From positions 203,047 through 235,046 of the forward strand of contig JBAZYK010000001.1 of assembly GCA_041659405.1 (NCBI GenBank): a stretch of 32,000 nucleotides of DNA, in the 5' to 3' direction. Shown here piece by piece: positions 19,995 to 29,028 of this stretch. The position numbers and the translations under genes were made by a program. How positions within the stretch are numbered: the first letter of the stretch is position 1; every line of letters starts with the position of its first letter. The notes beneath the pieces are model-generated. The model saw only the letters and a program-made list of their open reading frames with translations, searched no databases and had not been told where the DNA came from. This stretch comes from Candidatus Altimarinota bacterium. GTDB taxonomy: Bacteria; Patescibacteriota; Gracilibacteria; UBA1369.

Positions 19995-20858
19995 ATGGTT
20001 CCAGAATTAAAACTCAGCGAGGTTAGAAAAGTTTATCCAAAGCGCGCGACCGATTCACACAAAGGAATGAATGGACGCGTGATGATTATTGGTGGCAGCA
20101 TTGATTATCACGGTGCACCGGTCTTAAGCGGTTTAGGGGCTTTACATAGCGGTGCGGATCTGGTGTATCTTTTTGTTCCCGAATGTAATTTTGATGTTAC
20201 CCGCAGCAAATATCCTGATTTTATTGTGCGTTCTTTTCCGGGAAATTATTTGGATATGAAAGGCGTTTCTTCTATTCTGGAATTTTCAAAAAAATGTAAT
20301 GTGGTTTTAATGGGACCGGGAATTGGTGATAAGGAAGAGAGTTTTGAGGCTATGCTTGAACTTACAAAGCGCTTTGATATCCCAACCGTTTTGGATTCTG
20401 AGGCGATCCAGGTTTTTAAAAAAATAAAAGAAGTTCCGCTTCCGCAAAAAATTGTGATCACTCCTCATCATAATGAATTTGAACAATTAACAGGCAAGGA
20501 TATTAAAATTTCCGGATCGCTTTCGGGGAAAGTTGTACTTGTTAGGACGATTGCCACTGATTTGAGAATCAATATTTTACTAAAAGGCCCACAGGACTTG
20601 GTGGCATCGGAAGAAGGCGAAGTTTTCATAAATAACACCGGCAACGCAGGCATGACAGTTGGTGGCAGCGGTGATGTTTTGAGTGGATATGTGGCGGGCT
20701 TAATTGGGCAGGGTGCTGCGCCTTTTGCGGCTTGTCAGGCGGCGGCTTATCTTTTTGGAAAGACCGGAGATCACCTCTTTAAATCCAAAGGTTATTGCTT
20801 TACGGCCACAGATTTGGCAAGTGAACTTCCTTACGTAATTCGCGAAAATATTTTTTAA
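19995..20858 (+). CDS. ADP/ATP-dependent NAD(P)H-hydrate dehydratase (YjeF C-terminal domain type)
   Basis: GRVMIIGGSIDYHGAPVLSGLGALHSGADLVYLFVP, LTPHHNEFEQLTG-like motif, GNAGMTVGGSGDVLSG. Confidence 0.88.
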   Translation: MVPELKLSEVRKVYPKRATDSHKGMNGRVMIIGGSIDYHGAPVLSGLGALHSGADLVYLFVPECNFDVTRSKYPDFIVRSFPGNYLDMKGVSSILEFSKKCNVVLMGPGIGDKEESFEAMLELTKRFDIPTVLDSEAIQVFKKIKEVPLPQKIVITPHHNEFEQLTGKDIKISGSLSGKVVLVRTIATDLRINILLKGPQDLVASEEGEVFINNTGNAGMTVGGSGDVLSGYVAGLIGQGAAPFAACQAAAYLFGKTGDHLFKSKGYCFTATDLASELPYVIRENIF

Positions 20859-20883
20859 ATGTGACGTTTAATAAATTTGGATC

Positions 20884-21744
20884 ATGCGAAAAGTTTTCAA
20901 AAAAGATTTACCCGTTTTTCAGTTTCATCTTTTACAAAAATTTTCGGATGATCTTGAACATGCTGTAACTTGTAGAATTGGTGGAGTTAGTAAAGCGCCG
21001 TATGATGAGCTTAATTTAAGTTTTAGTGTTGGCGATGACGAAAAGGCGGTGCAGAAAAATCGTCAAATTTTGAGCGAGGCTTTGGGTGTGAAAAATATTG
21101 TCGGGGCAAATCAAACCCACAGTAAAAATATTCTGGTGATTGATGAAGAGTTTGCGCGCTATTGTGATTTAGGGCCGGAGCCGGCCAACATTGATGGCTT
21201 TGTGACGGCACTTTCCGGCATTGGGTTACTGTTAAAAGTGGCTGATTGTCAGGCGATTTTGATGTTTGATCCGGTGAAAAAAGTGATTGCGGCGGTGCAT
21301 GCGGGGTGGAAAGGGCAAGTACAAGACATAAGTGGGCAGGCCATAAAAATCATGCGAGAAAATTTTGGAGTTGATCCTGCAAATATTCTGGTGGGAATTT
21401 CGCCTTCGCTTGGGCCATGCTGCGCGTTTTTTTCTGATCCGCGTTCGGAATTGCCAAAAAGTTTTGAGCCATTTATTTTGGATAATAATCGTGTGGATTT
21501 GTGGGGATATAGTCTTTGGCAATTGCAACAACATGGCGTTTTGCCGGAGCACGTTGAACTTGCCCGCGTGTGCAGTTTTTGCTCGGGACATAATGGAATT
21601 CGCGGCTTAAGCTCGAGCGCGCTGACGAATGAACAAGCCGGGGAGTTGCCTGAAGGTTCTGTGTTACCTGCTGGAAAATTTTATTCTTTCCGCAGAAATC
21701 TTGGAATTACCGGACGCTTTGGTGGAATGATTTTTTTGAAATAG
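20884..21744 (+). CDS. Laccase-domain (YfiH/PgeF family) protein
   Basis: GANQTHSKNI, VADCQAILMFDPVKKVIAAVHAGWKGQ, GPSLGPCCAFF-like motif, RRNLGITGRFG. Confidence 0.9.
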   Translation: MRKVFKKDLPVFQFHLLQKFSDDLEHAVTCRIGGVSKAPYDELNLSFSVGDDEKAVQKNRQILSEALGVKNIVGANQTHSKNILVIDEEFARYCDLGPEPANIDGFVTALSGIGLLLKVADCQAILMFDPVKKVIAAVHAGWKGQVQDISGQAIKIMRENFGVDPANILVGISPSLGPCCAFFSDPRSELPKSFEPFILDNNRVDLWGYSLWQLQQHGVLPEHVELARVCSFCSGHNGIRGLSSSALTNEQAGELPEGSVLPAGKFYSFRRNLGITGRFGGMIFLK

Positions 21745-21791
21745 ATTTGTGCGCGCGCACAGATTTTAATTTTCGCGTGTTCGCTGGAAAG

Positions 21792-22877
21792 TTATTTTTT
21801 CAACAAATATTGGGACTGCTTTCCGGAAACCCATTTTTGCATTTCTTTCCAATCGACGCGGCGTTTTTTCATGATTTCTTTGCGTTTTTTGAGCATTTTG
21901 GGCATCTGCTTCAACATCAACCAAAAAGATTTGTACAAATAAGGCTCACGCAAAGTCATGTAGCCAAACATTAGCAGTTCTTTCCAAAGAAGGTAGGGCA
22001 AATCATGGCCAATGTTAGGCCAAAGATCGTTTTTAATCTGCATCAAACGCTGATTTTTGTAAGAATAATGTTTTTGAAATGCATTTAATTTAGTGCGGTT
22101 TTGGGCAACTTCCATGGTTGTGAAACGCTTTAAAACACCCGTTCCGCGACCATGATACGCATGAGCCGTTGGCAGAAAAAAGCAGGTCCAGCCAAGCAGA
22201 TGAAAGCGCCAGGAAATATCCACATCTTCTTTGTACATAAAAAAATCATTGTCCAGGTATTCATACTGAGGCTCTTCCTTCCCGCTCGTCGTCTTAATTT
22301 TGGCATCCTCAAGCGCTTCTTTGCGGTACAACGGACAAGCGCCGGAAATACCAAAAACCTCTTTGGGCTGATCAAATTGGCCCTGATCTTCCAGGCCCTG
22401 ACCGTCATCAATCACGCGGCGGTTGCGATAACAAAAGAGTCCAACCGTATCAATAAAATTTGTCTGCTTGTTATTTTGAAAATCGTATTTGTAAATTTTT
22501 CCGCAAATGGCTGCGATTTTATGATTCTCCTCCATTTTGACCACGCACTTTTCCAGATAATCCGGAGCAAATAAAATATCCGGATTCATCAACATTACAT
22601 ACTTGCCTTTGGATAAATTGATACCCTGATTTCCAGCAGGCGCATAGCCAATATTGTCCTTGTTGCAAACAAAAGTTATTTTATTTTCCGGCGAATGCAA
22701 AGTGCCATTTTTTGAATATTCCTGAATGGCATACTCACAAGATTTATCCGGAGAATTATTGTCGATTAAAAAAATTTCGATATTTTTGTAATTCTGCGCG
22801 AGAAGACTGTCAATACAGCCCTTTAAAAGGTGCTTGGTGTTGTAGTTGATGATGATGATGCTGACGAGTGGCCCCAT
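21792..22877 (-). CDS. Family 2 glycosyltransferase (rhamnosyltransferase-like)
   Basis: VSIIIINYNTKHLLKGCIDSLLAQNYKNIEIFLIDNNSPD, GKYVMLMNPDILFAPDYLE, FFMYKEDVDISWRFHLLGW. Confidence 0.9.
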   Translation of the reverse strand: MGPLVSIIIINYNTKHLLKGCIDSLLAQNYKNIEIFLIDNNSPDKSCEYAIQEYSKNGTLHSPENKITFVCNKDNIGYAPAGNQGINLSKGKYVMLMNPDILFAPDYLEKCVVKMEENHKIAAICGKIYKYDFQNNKQTNFIDTVGLFCYRNRRVIDDGQGLEDQGQFDQPKEVFGISGACPLYRKEALEDAKIKTTSGKEEPQYEYLDNDFFMYKEDVDISWRFHLLGWTCFFLPTAHAYHGRGTGVLKRFTTMEVAQNRTKLNAFQKHYSYKNQRLMQIKNDLWPNIGHDLPYLLWKELLMFGYMTLREPYLYKSFWLMLKQMPKMLKKRKEIMKKRRVDWKEMQKWVSGKQSQYLLKK

Positions 22878-22895
22878 TTTAAATTGGTAATTGAT

Positions 22896-22975
22896 TGTTC
22901 AGTTCATGAAATATTGTCTTCACACACAGGGCCCCTACCCCGGATGTGTTCAGCCAACATTTCATGAACTGAACA
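22896..22975. repeat. 17 bp perfect inverted repeat in the GT/metK intergenic region
   Basis: TGTTCAGTTCATGAAAT (22896-22912) and ATTTCATGAACTGAACA (22959-22975). Confidence 0.75.
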
Positions 22976-23205
22976 CAGACTTAATTAAAAATTGCTTAAC
23001 TTTTTAATGGTTTTCTTTTTAACTGCAGCTTTTTCGTTAGTGATTTTACCATTTTGTTGTAAAAATGCCATATTTTGCTTGGTTGAGGGTGTATGCCAAG
23101 CTATTGAAGTCAGCACGGCTTTTCTTGCCAAGAAGGCCCTTTTAGTATAGATTCTTGCATGTGTTTTTATAAATTTCCGGTTCAATAAATTTAATTTTCC
23201 CCAAT

Positions 23206-24336
23206 ATGTCCAATTATCTTTTCACTTCAGAATCGGTTACAGAAGGTCATCCGGATAAGATTGCTGATCAAATTTCCGATGCGGTGCTTGATGCAATTTT
23301 GACTCAGGATTTAAATGGACGTGTTGCCTGTGAAACTCTTGTAACAACCGGATTAGTGGTTGTGGCAGGGGAAATCACCACAAATTGTTATGTGGATATT
23401 CCAAAAATCGCGCGCAAAACAATTGAAGAAATTGGTTATAATGATGCGAGTTATGGCTTTGATTCCAAGGCCTGCGCGGTTGTGACTTCCATTGATGAAC
23501 AAAGTCCGGATATTGCGATGGGTGTTGATCCGGGTGGCGCCGGTGATCAGGGAATGATGTTTGGTTATGCGGTAAACGAGACTCCGCAATTTATGCCGAT
23601 GCCAATTATGTTGGCACATCAACTAACACAAAAATTGGCCAGCGTGCGCAAAGCAAATGGTCTTAAATATTTGCGTCCGGATGGTAAAAGTCAGGTTACG
23701 ATTGAGTATGAAAATGGCAAGCCAAAGCGCGTTCACACGGTTGTGGTTTCCACTCAACATGGACCGGAAGCTTCTCAAGAACAAATTTACAAAGATATTT
23801 TGGAGCATGTGATTCAGCCGGTTTGTGGCAAGATGCTTGATAAAAATACAATTTTCCATATCAATCCAACCGGAAGATTTATTGTTGGCGGGCCACCGGG
23901 TGATTGCGGATTAACCGGCAGAAAAATTATTGTGGATACTTACGGCGGAATGGGACATCATGGTGGAGGTTGTTTTAGCGGCAAGGATCCAAGCAAAGTT
24001 GACCGTAGCGCTGCTTATTATGGACGCTATGTTGCAAAAAATATTGTGGCTTCCGGAATTGCCGATCGTTGTGAAGTGCAGATTGCTTATGCAATTGGCG
24101 TGGCAGAACCTGTTTCGATTTATGTAAACACTTTTGGAACAGGAAAAATCTCCGATGAAACAATCGCCCAATTGGTTCGTGAACATTTTGAATTTACGCC
24201 GAAAGCAATTATTCAGCAGCTTGATTTGCGTCGTCCTATCTACAAAAAAACGGCAGCCTATGGCCATTTTGGACGCGAGGACGAATCATTCAGCTGGGAA
24301 AAAATTGATAAGGCGCCGCTTTTGATGATGCGATAA
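23206..24336 (+). CDS. metK: S-adenosylmethionine synthetase
   Basis: [87 protein letters not shown]. Confidence 0.97.
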   Translation: MSNYLFTSESVTEGHPDKIADQISDAVLDAILTQDLNGRVACETLVTTGLVVVAGEITTNCYVDIPKIARKTIEEIGYNDASYGFDSKACAVVTSIDEQSPDIAMGVDPGGAGDQGMMFGYAVNETPQFMPMPIMLAHQLTQKLASVRKANGLKYLRPDGKSQVTIEYENGKPKRVHTVVVSTQHGPEASQEQIYKDILEHVIQPVCGKMLDKNTIFHINPTGRFIVGGPPGDCGLTGRKIIVDTYGGMGHHGGGCFSGKDPSKVDRSAAYYGRYVAKNIVASGIADRCEVQIAYAIGVAEPVSIYVNTFGTGKISDETIAQLVREHFEFTPKAIIQQLDLRRPIYKKTAAYGHFGREDESFSWEKIDKAPLLMMR

Positions 24337-24406
24337 GGTTAACAATTATGTTAACTATCTTGCATCATAAACTTACTGAAATTTATTTTTTATTTTCCGA
24401 ACAAAA

Positions 24407-25696
24407 ATGCTCGATCTGAACAATGAAAATTTGATTAACCAGGGGCAAATGAACCTGGCGCTGGCTGAGCGCAGCATGTCCGCATTAATGCAACTACGTG
24501 AAAGATTTCGTAAAGAAAAAACTTTTAGTGGTGTGCGCATTGGGATGGCGCTGCATGTTACAAAAGAAACCGGTGTGCTTGTTAGAACTTTGATTGATGG
24601 AGGAGCAGAAGTGGCTATTACAAGCTGTAATCCGCTTTCGACCCAGGATGACATTGTGGCAGCTTTGAATAAAGAAGGCGTAAAAGTTTATGGCTACAAA
24701 GGCGAATCAAAAGAAGAATATTATGCTTTTTTGCAAAAAATTATTGAATTTAAGCCAACAATTACGATTGATGATGGTTGTGATTTGGTGAACGAAATTC
24801 ATCTTCATCATCCTGAACTTATTGAAAATATCATTGGTGGATGCGAAGAAACGACTACGGGGGTGATCCGCCTGAATGCGATGGAAAAAGATCATGCGCT
24901 AAAATATCCGGTGGTGGCCGTGAACGACAACAACACCAAACATTTGATGGACAATTATTACGGGACCGGACAATCAACTTTGGATGGCATTATTCGTGCT
25001 ACAAATGTCCTTATTGCGGCGAAAGTGGTGGTGGTGGCCGGATATGGGGACTGTGGGAAAGGCGTGGCTTTACGCGCAAAAGGGCTGGGTGCCCGTGTGG
25101 TTGTAACAGAAATCAGACCTTTCCGCGCTTTGCAGGCCAAAATGGATGGTTTTGAAGTTATGCCAATGGCTGAAGCTGCCAAATTGGGGGATATTTTTAT
25201 AACGGTAACCGGAGATTGTGATGTGATTCGTCCGGAGCACATGAAAGTGATGAAATCCGGTGCAATTTTGGCTAATTCAGGCCATTTTGATGTTGAAATT
25301 GATATTCCGGGATTGAAGAAAATTTCCAGTAAAGTTACACGAATGCGTCCATTTTTGGATGAATACCTACTTCAACCTATTTCAACCTCAAAGGTCGGGG
25401 CGACCTCGGGGCAACCTCAAAGGTCGATTTACGTTGTGGGCGAAGGCCGCCTGGTGAATTTAGCGGCAGCGGAAGGTCATCCAAGTGAAGTTATGTCCAT
25501 GTCTTTCTGCGGACAAGCTTTAGCAACTGAGTTTTTGCTTAAAAACAAAGGCAAACTGGAACCACGCGTTTATCAACTCCCCGAAGAAATTGACGAAGAA
25601 ATCGCTCAACTACAACTTGATTCAATGCAGGTTAAAATCGACGAATTGAATGCCAAGCAGAAAAAATATCTGGAGAGTTGGCAGGAAGGAACTTAG
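24407..25696 (+). CDS. ahcY: Adenosylhomocysteinase
   Basis: CNPLSTQDDIVAAL, VVVAGYGDCGKGVALRAKGLGARVVVTEI, GEGRLVNLAAAEGHPSEVMSMSFCGQALATEF; contains an unusual in-frame insertion near the C-terminus. Confidence 0.95.
   Translation: MLDLNNENLINQGQMNLALAERSMSALMQLRERFRKEKTFSGVRIGMALHVTKETGVLVRTLIDGGAEVAITSCNPLSTQDDIVAALNKEGVKVYGYKGESKEEYYAFLQKIIEFKPTITIDDGCDLVNEIHLHHPELIENIIGGCEETTTGVIRLNAMEKDHALKYPVVAVNDNNTKHLMDNYYGTGQSTLDGIIRATNVLIAAKVVVVAGYGDCGKGVALRAKGLGARVVVTEIRPFRALQAKMDGFEVMPMAEAAKLGDIFITVTGDCDVIRPEHMKVMKSGAILANSGHFDVEIDIPGLKKISSKVTRMRPFLDEYLLQPISTSKVGATSGQPQRSIYVVGEGRLVNLAAAEGHPSEVMSMSFCGQALATEFLLKNKGKLEPRVYQLPEEIDEEIAQLQLDSMQVKIDELNAKQKKYLESWQEGT
25376..25420 (+). repeat. ~45 bp in-frame insertion in ahcY built from short direct and inverted repeats
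   Basis: Encodes PISTSKVGATSGQPQ; CAACCTCAAAGGTCG at 25383-25397 and 25412-25426; hairpin AGGTCG-GGG-CGACCT at 25392-25406. Confidence 0.65.
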
Positions 25697-25700
25697 TTAA

Positions 25701-27827
25701 TTACGAATTACGAATTGTGGAATTTGTGGCGGAATGAAGAATGGTCGTTTTTTGAGCGGCTTGTTGCGCGTGCTTAATCCGGAAAGATCCTTTTTCGTGG
25801 AATCCTCCAACTTCATTCAAAATTTTGCGGCGATAAACTGCAAAACCGCCCGCTCCGCTCGCGGCAGAAACATCTTCGTCCGTGGCTGACATGCTCGCGT
25901 TTTTAGCCTGATTCAAATTCACAAAATCAAGCTTTTTGCTTTGTAAAGCCTTTACGACTTCAAAAAGGGCATCCGGTGTGAGTTCATCTTTGTTGTCCAG
26001 TAAGCCAACATAACCACCTGTCGCCAGCTTTAGAGCTTCGTTTGAAGCTTTAATAGCACCACGGTTTTTGGTCTTAAATTGGACCTTAATGCGTTTATCC
26101 ATGGCCGCATATTTTTCCAAAAGTGGTTTGATATTGGGCGCAGTTGAACCATCATCACAAATGCAAAGTTCAAAGCGATTATATGTCTGCTTTTTTACTG
26201 ACTCTATAGCTTTAACAAGCAACTCTTCCGGCACATTATAGACCGGCATGACAATGCTGATCACCGGTTTATATGAAAACATTTCCTGTTCTTTCAGTAC
26301 CAGGCCGAGGTGTTTTGGAGTGAAACCATCCGGCAAAATATTTTCGGCAGCTTCAGCCGGTTTGATTTTATTTTTGACGGAATTAAATGCTTTTTGAAAA
26401 TAATTCGCGTTGAGTTTTTTAAAAAATGCGATCACTTTCCATGATCTGGAAGCCAAAATTTCATCTAAACTTTTCTTCTGCGCTGTGGAAAGTTTTTGCA
26501 GAGAATTAAGTTCAAGATTTTTTTGATCCAAAAGTTCATTTTTTTCTTTGAGTGTTTTTTCAATATTTTGGATATGGATAATTAAAAGTTCTTTTTCCTG
26601 AAACAGGCTTTCATATTCCTGTTCTTTGGAAAACAGCTGCTTAAGAAGCTCTTCAATTAATTGTTCCCGCTCGTTGATATTATCTTTAAAATTCTGATTT
26701 TCGCTTTGAACTTCGTCCAGGGCCGCGCTTTTTTCCTGCAGTACGGCACGCAAAAACTGGATAGCCTTTTTGCAATCAAGAAGAAGACTTTCCAACTTCT
26801 GTTTTTTGGCCTCCATCTGCACAAATTCGGTCTGAGTTGAGAGACTTAATTTTTCAACCTCGGCCAGTTTTGTAACTGACAATCTGAGTTCTTTTCTTTT
26901 ACGATTAAAAAGTTTTCTGAGTTCGGTAAAAGCAAGTTTCAATAAATAGGAAAAGTTTTTTATTGAAAATTGATTGTGAGTACCAAGCGTGTTTTTGATT
27001 CTATCATGCGGAATTTCGTCATTCTTACTAATGCAATAAATGGTGCGATAAGTCGGCTCTTTAAAGTTTCCAAGCAAATCAAAATTTCTGTTGGCATATT
27101 CTTGAAAATTGCTAAATTCCTCTACCACAGGCTCGCCAAGCTTTGCACCGGACAACAATTGTTGAAGCATCCAATTGCTGATATTGCCTTCGCCGTAAGC
27201 GGTGAATTTAAGATTTTTTTCCGTCAGCCAGGTTTTAAGCTGATCTTCGTTAGGCAAGCCAAGCCGCTGATGCTCAATTAAAAGTGGATGTTGGCTACCC
27301 GCGTTTTCCAAATACTGTTGGCGAATAATATTTTCAATATTCTCGTTATAATTTTTGTAAAAAGGAGCCGCGATGATAATAAAATTATTGCTGATACGCT
27401 GCAATTCCTCTAAGGCAAGTGGACGATCGGCCTGACCCATGTGCTCCAAAAAATCCGCCGCAATCACAAAATCAAAATCGCCATCATTAAAGGGCAGTTT
27501 TTTGAAGTTGGCCTTATCTAAAACCGTAACTTGCGCGCCGGGAATATTCGCAGTTAAAAATTGCGATGTTTGGATAGCGAATTTGCCCAGATAAAGGATC
27601 TTGGAGCCGGCCGGGGCTAGAGCGGGGGCTAAAACGTCCGAGGGGATGGCCTTTGCAGCTTCAGAATTTTGAACCTGGTCAGTCTTTGCAGCTTCCGGAT
27701 CTTGAACTTGGTCAGCGATTTCCGCTTTAGGATCTTGAGCGTTCGCCAACTCCTTAGCAATCAGCGTGAAGGCAAAATTCCGGGAGTAAAGGTCTAAAGG
27801 CAGTTGATATAAATTGGTTGGTTCCAT
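25701..27827 (-). CDS. Methyltransferase-like / coiled coil / GT2 fusion with an atypical or degenerate glycosyltransferase domain
   Basis: N-terminal LPFNDGDFDFVIAADFLEHM (SAM-MTase type), long heptad-rich coiled coil, then PVISIVMPVYNVPEELLVKAIESVKKQTYNRFELCICDDGST. Confidence 0.8.
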   Translation of the reverse strand: MEPTNLYQLPLDLYSRNFAFTLIAKELANAQDPKAEIADQVQDPEAAKTDQVQNSEAAKAIPSDVLAPALAPAGSKILYLGKFAIQTSQFLTANIPGAQVTVLDKANFKKLPFNDGDFDFVIAADFLEHMGQADRPLALEELQRISNNFIIIAAPFYKNYNENIENIIRQQYLENAGSQHPLLIEHQRLGLPNEDQLKTWLTEKNLKFTAYGEGNISNWMLQQLLSGAKLGEPVVEEFSNFQEYANRNFDLLGNFKEPTYRTIYCISKNDEIPHDRIKNTLGTHNQFSIKNFSYLLKLAFTELRKLFNRKRKELRLSVTKLAEVEKLSLSTQTEFVQMEAKKQKLESLLLDCKKAIQFLRAVLQEKSAALDEVQSENQNFKDNINEREQLIEELLKQLFSKEQEYESLFQEKELLIIHIQNIEKTLKEKNELLDQKNLELNSLQKLSTAQKKSLDEILASRSWKVIAFFKKLNANYFQKAFNSVKNKIKPAEAAENILPDGFTPKHLGLVLKEQEMFSYKPVISIVMPVYNVPEELLVKAIESVKKQTYNRFELCICDDGSTAPNIKPLLEKYAAMDKRIKVQFKTKNRGAIKASNEALKLATGGYVGLLDNKDELTPDALFEVVKALQSKKLDFVNLNQAKNASMSATDEDVSAASGAGGFAVYRRKILNEVGGFHEKGSFRIKHAQQAAQKTTILHSATNSTIRNS
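27651..27716. repeat. Imperfect 33 bp tandem repeat within the methyltransferase N-terminus
   Basis: CTTTGCAGCTTCAGAATTTTGAACCTGGTCAGT / CTTTGCAGCTTCCGGATCTTGAACTTGGTCAGC, followed by a diverged partial third unit; encodes DQVQDPEAAKTDQVQNSEAAK. Confidence 0.7.
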
Positions 27828-27906
27828 CGGGTTCAGGTAAGACTAAAAAGCACTTTTCGCTGGGCTATCATAGGGATTTACGGGCGACTAGTCAAAGCAA
27901 TCTGAT

Positions 27907-28335
27907 TTACAGTTTTAGATCTTTTAAAAGCCTGATATTTCCTTCTTTTTTAACCAATTGATAATATTTTTCGTCAGCGGTAATAAGTTCAGCATCATAA
28001 GCTTTGGCCAAAGCATGATAAGCCGCGTCATAAAAACTGATTTTGGAATATTTTGCCATAAGCCGTGAACAAATTTTCATCAAGTCTCTTTCCAGAGGGA
28101 CGACACTTATTTGTTTTTCCATCAAAGTTTCATAGGCTTTAAAAGCCAAATTTGGATCAAGCCCTTTAAGTAATTTGTTAAAAAATTCATAGGGGAAAAT
28201 ATCCGGAACGAGAATGGAAATTTCGAATTTATCCTTTAAATATAAAAGTTTTTTTACAATTTCAGCTTCCGGCTCCTGTAATATTGGCTTTAATAAAACA
28301 GAATTATCGACCACAAAAAGTTTTATATTACTCAT
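27907..28335 (-). CDS. PIN-domain VapC-like toxin
   Basis: KLFVVDNSVLLKPI, PDIFPYEFFN, SFYDAAYHALAKAYDAELITADEKYY; acidic residues in PIN-type positions. Confidence 0.88.
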   Translation of the reverse strand: MSNIKLFVVDNSVLLKPILQEPEAEIVKKLLYLKDKFEISILVPDIFPYEFFNKLLKGLDPNLAFKAYETLMEKQISVVPLERDLMKICSRLMAKYSKISFYDAAYHALAKAYDAELITADEKYYQLVKKEGNIRLLKDLKL

Positions 28336-28338
28336 AAA

Positions 28339-28590
28339 TTAATGCGATAATCGGTCTTCCCGTTGAAGTTCCACAGCTGTTTTCTTAATTTTAGGTTGAT
28401 AATGTTTGGCTATATTATCCCAAAATCCGCTTACCTCTTCTAAAGTTATGGTTTCTTTTTTTTCAAGATTTTTCTCGATCAATTCAGCAATGAATTTGCT
28501 TCTTTTGTTTTTAGGAATGTTGATTTCGAGCTTCCTAATTATAGTTTTTGGAATGGAGAAGGTTACTCTCTGAACATTTTTTAAAGCCAT
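28339..28590 (-). CDS. Ribbon-helix-helix-like antitoxin (VapB-like)
   Basis: VQRVTFSIPKTIIRKLEINIPKNKRSKFIAELIEKNL; ends 3 bp before the PIN gene. Confidence 0.7.
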   Translation of the reverse strand: MALKNVQRVTFSIPKTIIRKLEINIPKNKRSKFIAELIEKNLEKKETITLEEVSGFWDNIAKHYQPKIKKTAVELQREDRLSH

Positions 28591-28680
28591 AAAAAGTTAC
28601 GTAAGTTTTATTACGTAACTATGATACTTGATTTAAAATTTATATTCAAGAAAAAACATATCAAGTTTTGAAATCGCGTT

Positions 28681-28842
28681 CTGTGCGCGCGCACAAGGCG
28701 GCAGACTTGTGGCCCGCCGTTATCGTACACTTTTACGCTGTTATCACGCACTTTTGTTCGTATAACAAAAAACTCCGGCACTGGAGCCTCGAATAGTGGC
28801 TTATCACCGCAGAGATGGGTCTAGGGCCTGCGATTATGCGTA
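28681..28842. repeat. GC-rich dispersed repeat, copy A
   Basis: Aligns with 31118-31289; shares CTGTGC..GTGCACA-type palindrome, ACGCTGTTAT..GCGCACTTTTGTTCG.ATAA.AAAAAACTCCGG and TTATGCGTA. Confidence 0.7.
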
Positions 28843-28857
28843 CCTTTCTTTTCTTAA

Positions 28858-29007
28858 TTAATGATGCTTTTTGAGCTTCTCCTTTTTAGCCCTCTTTAGG
28901 TATTTCATAACTAAAGCCTTTTGATCTTTATTTGCAGCACGAACAACAGGCTTTAGCAGCTTCTTTAAATCCTTAAACGGTAATTCTAATAGTTGTGTTA
29001 GGCTCAT
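28858..29007 (-). CDS. Short Lys/Leu-rich hypothetical protein (49 aa)
   Basis: MSLTQLLELPFKDLKKLLKPVVRAANKDQKALVMKYLKRAKKEKLKKHH; 22 bp downstream of the zeta-like remnant; below the ORF-track length cutoff. Confidence 0.4.
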   Translation of the reverse strand: MSLTQLLELPFKDLKKLLKPVVRAANKDQKALVMKYLKRAKKEKLKKHH

Positions 29008-29028
29008 ATGAGTTTCTCTAAGGTTGTT

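Noticed and set aside
22985-23185. 66-aa Lys-rich minus-strand ORF ([17 protein letters not shown]...)
   Set aside because: Low-complexity, no recognisable family and no supporting context; probably spurious, although it could be a leader peptide near the inverted repeat.
28770-28800. Possible tRNA-like T-arm in the dispersed repeat (GTTCGAGGC on the reverse strand of copy B)
   Set aside because: No matching acceptor, D or anticodon stem could be found; the resemblance is limited to TTCGA.
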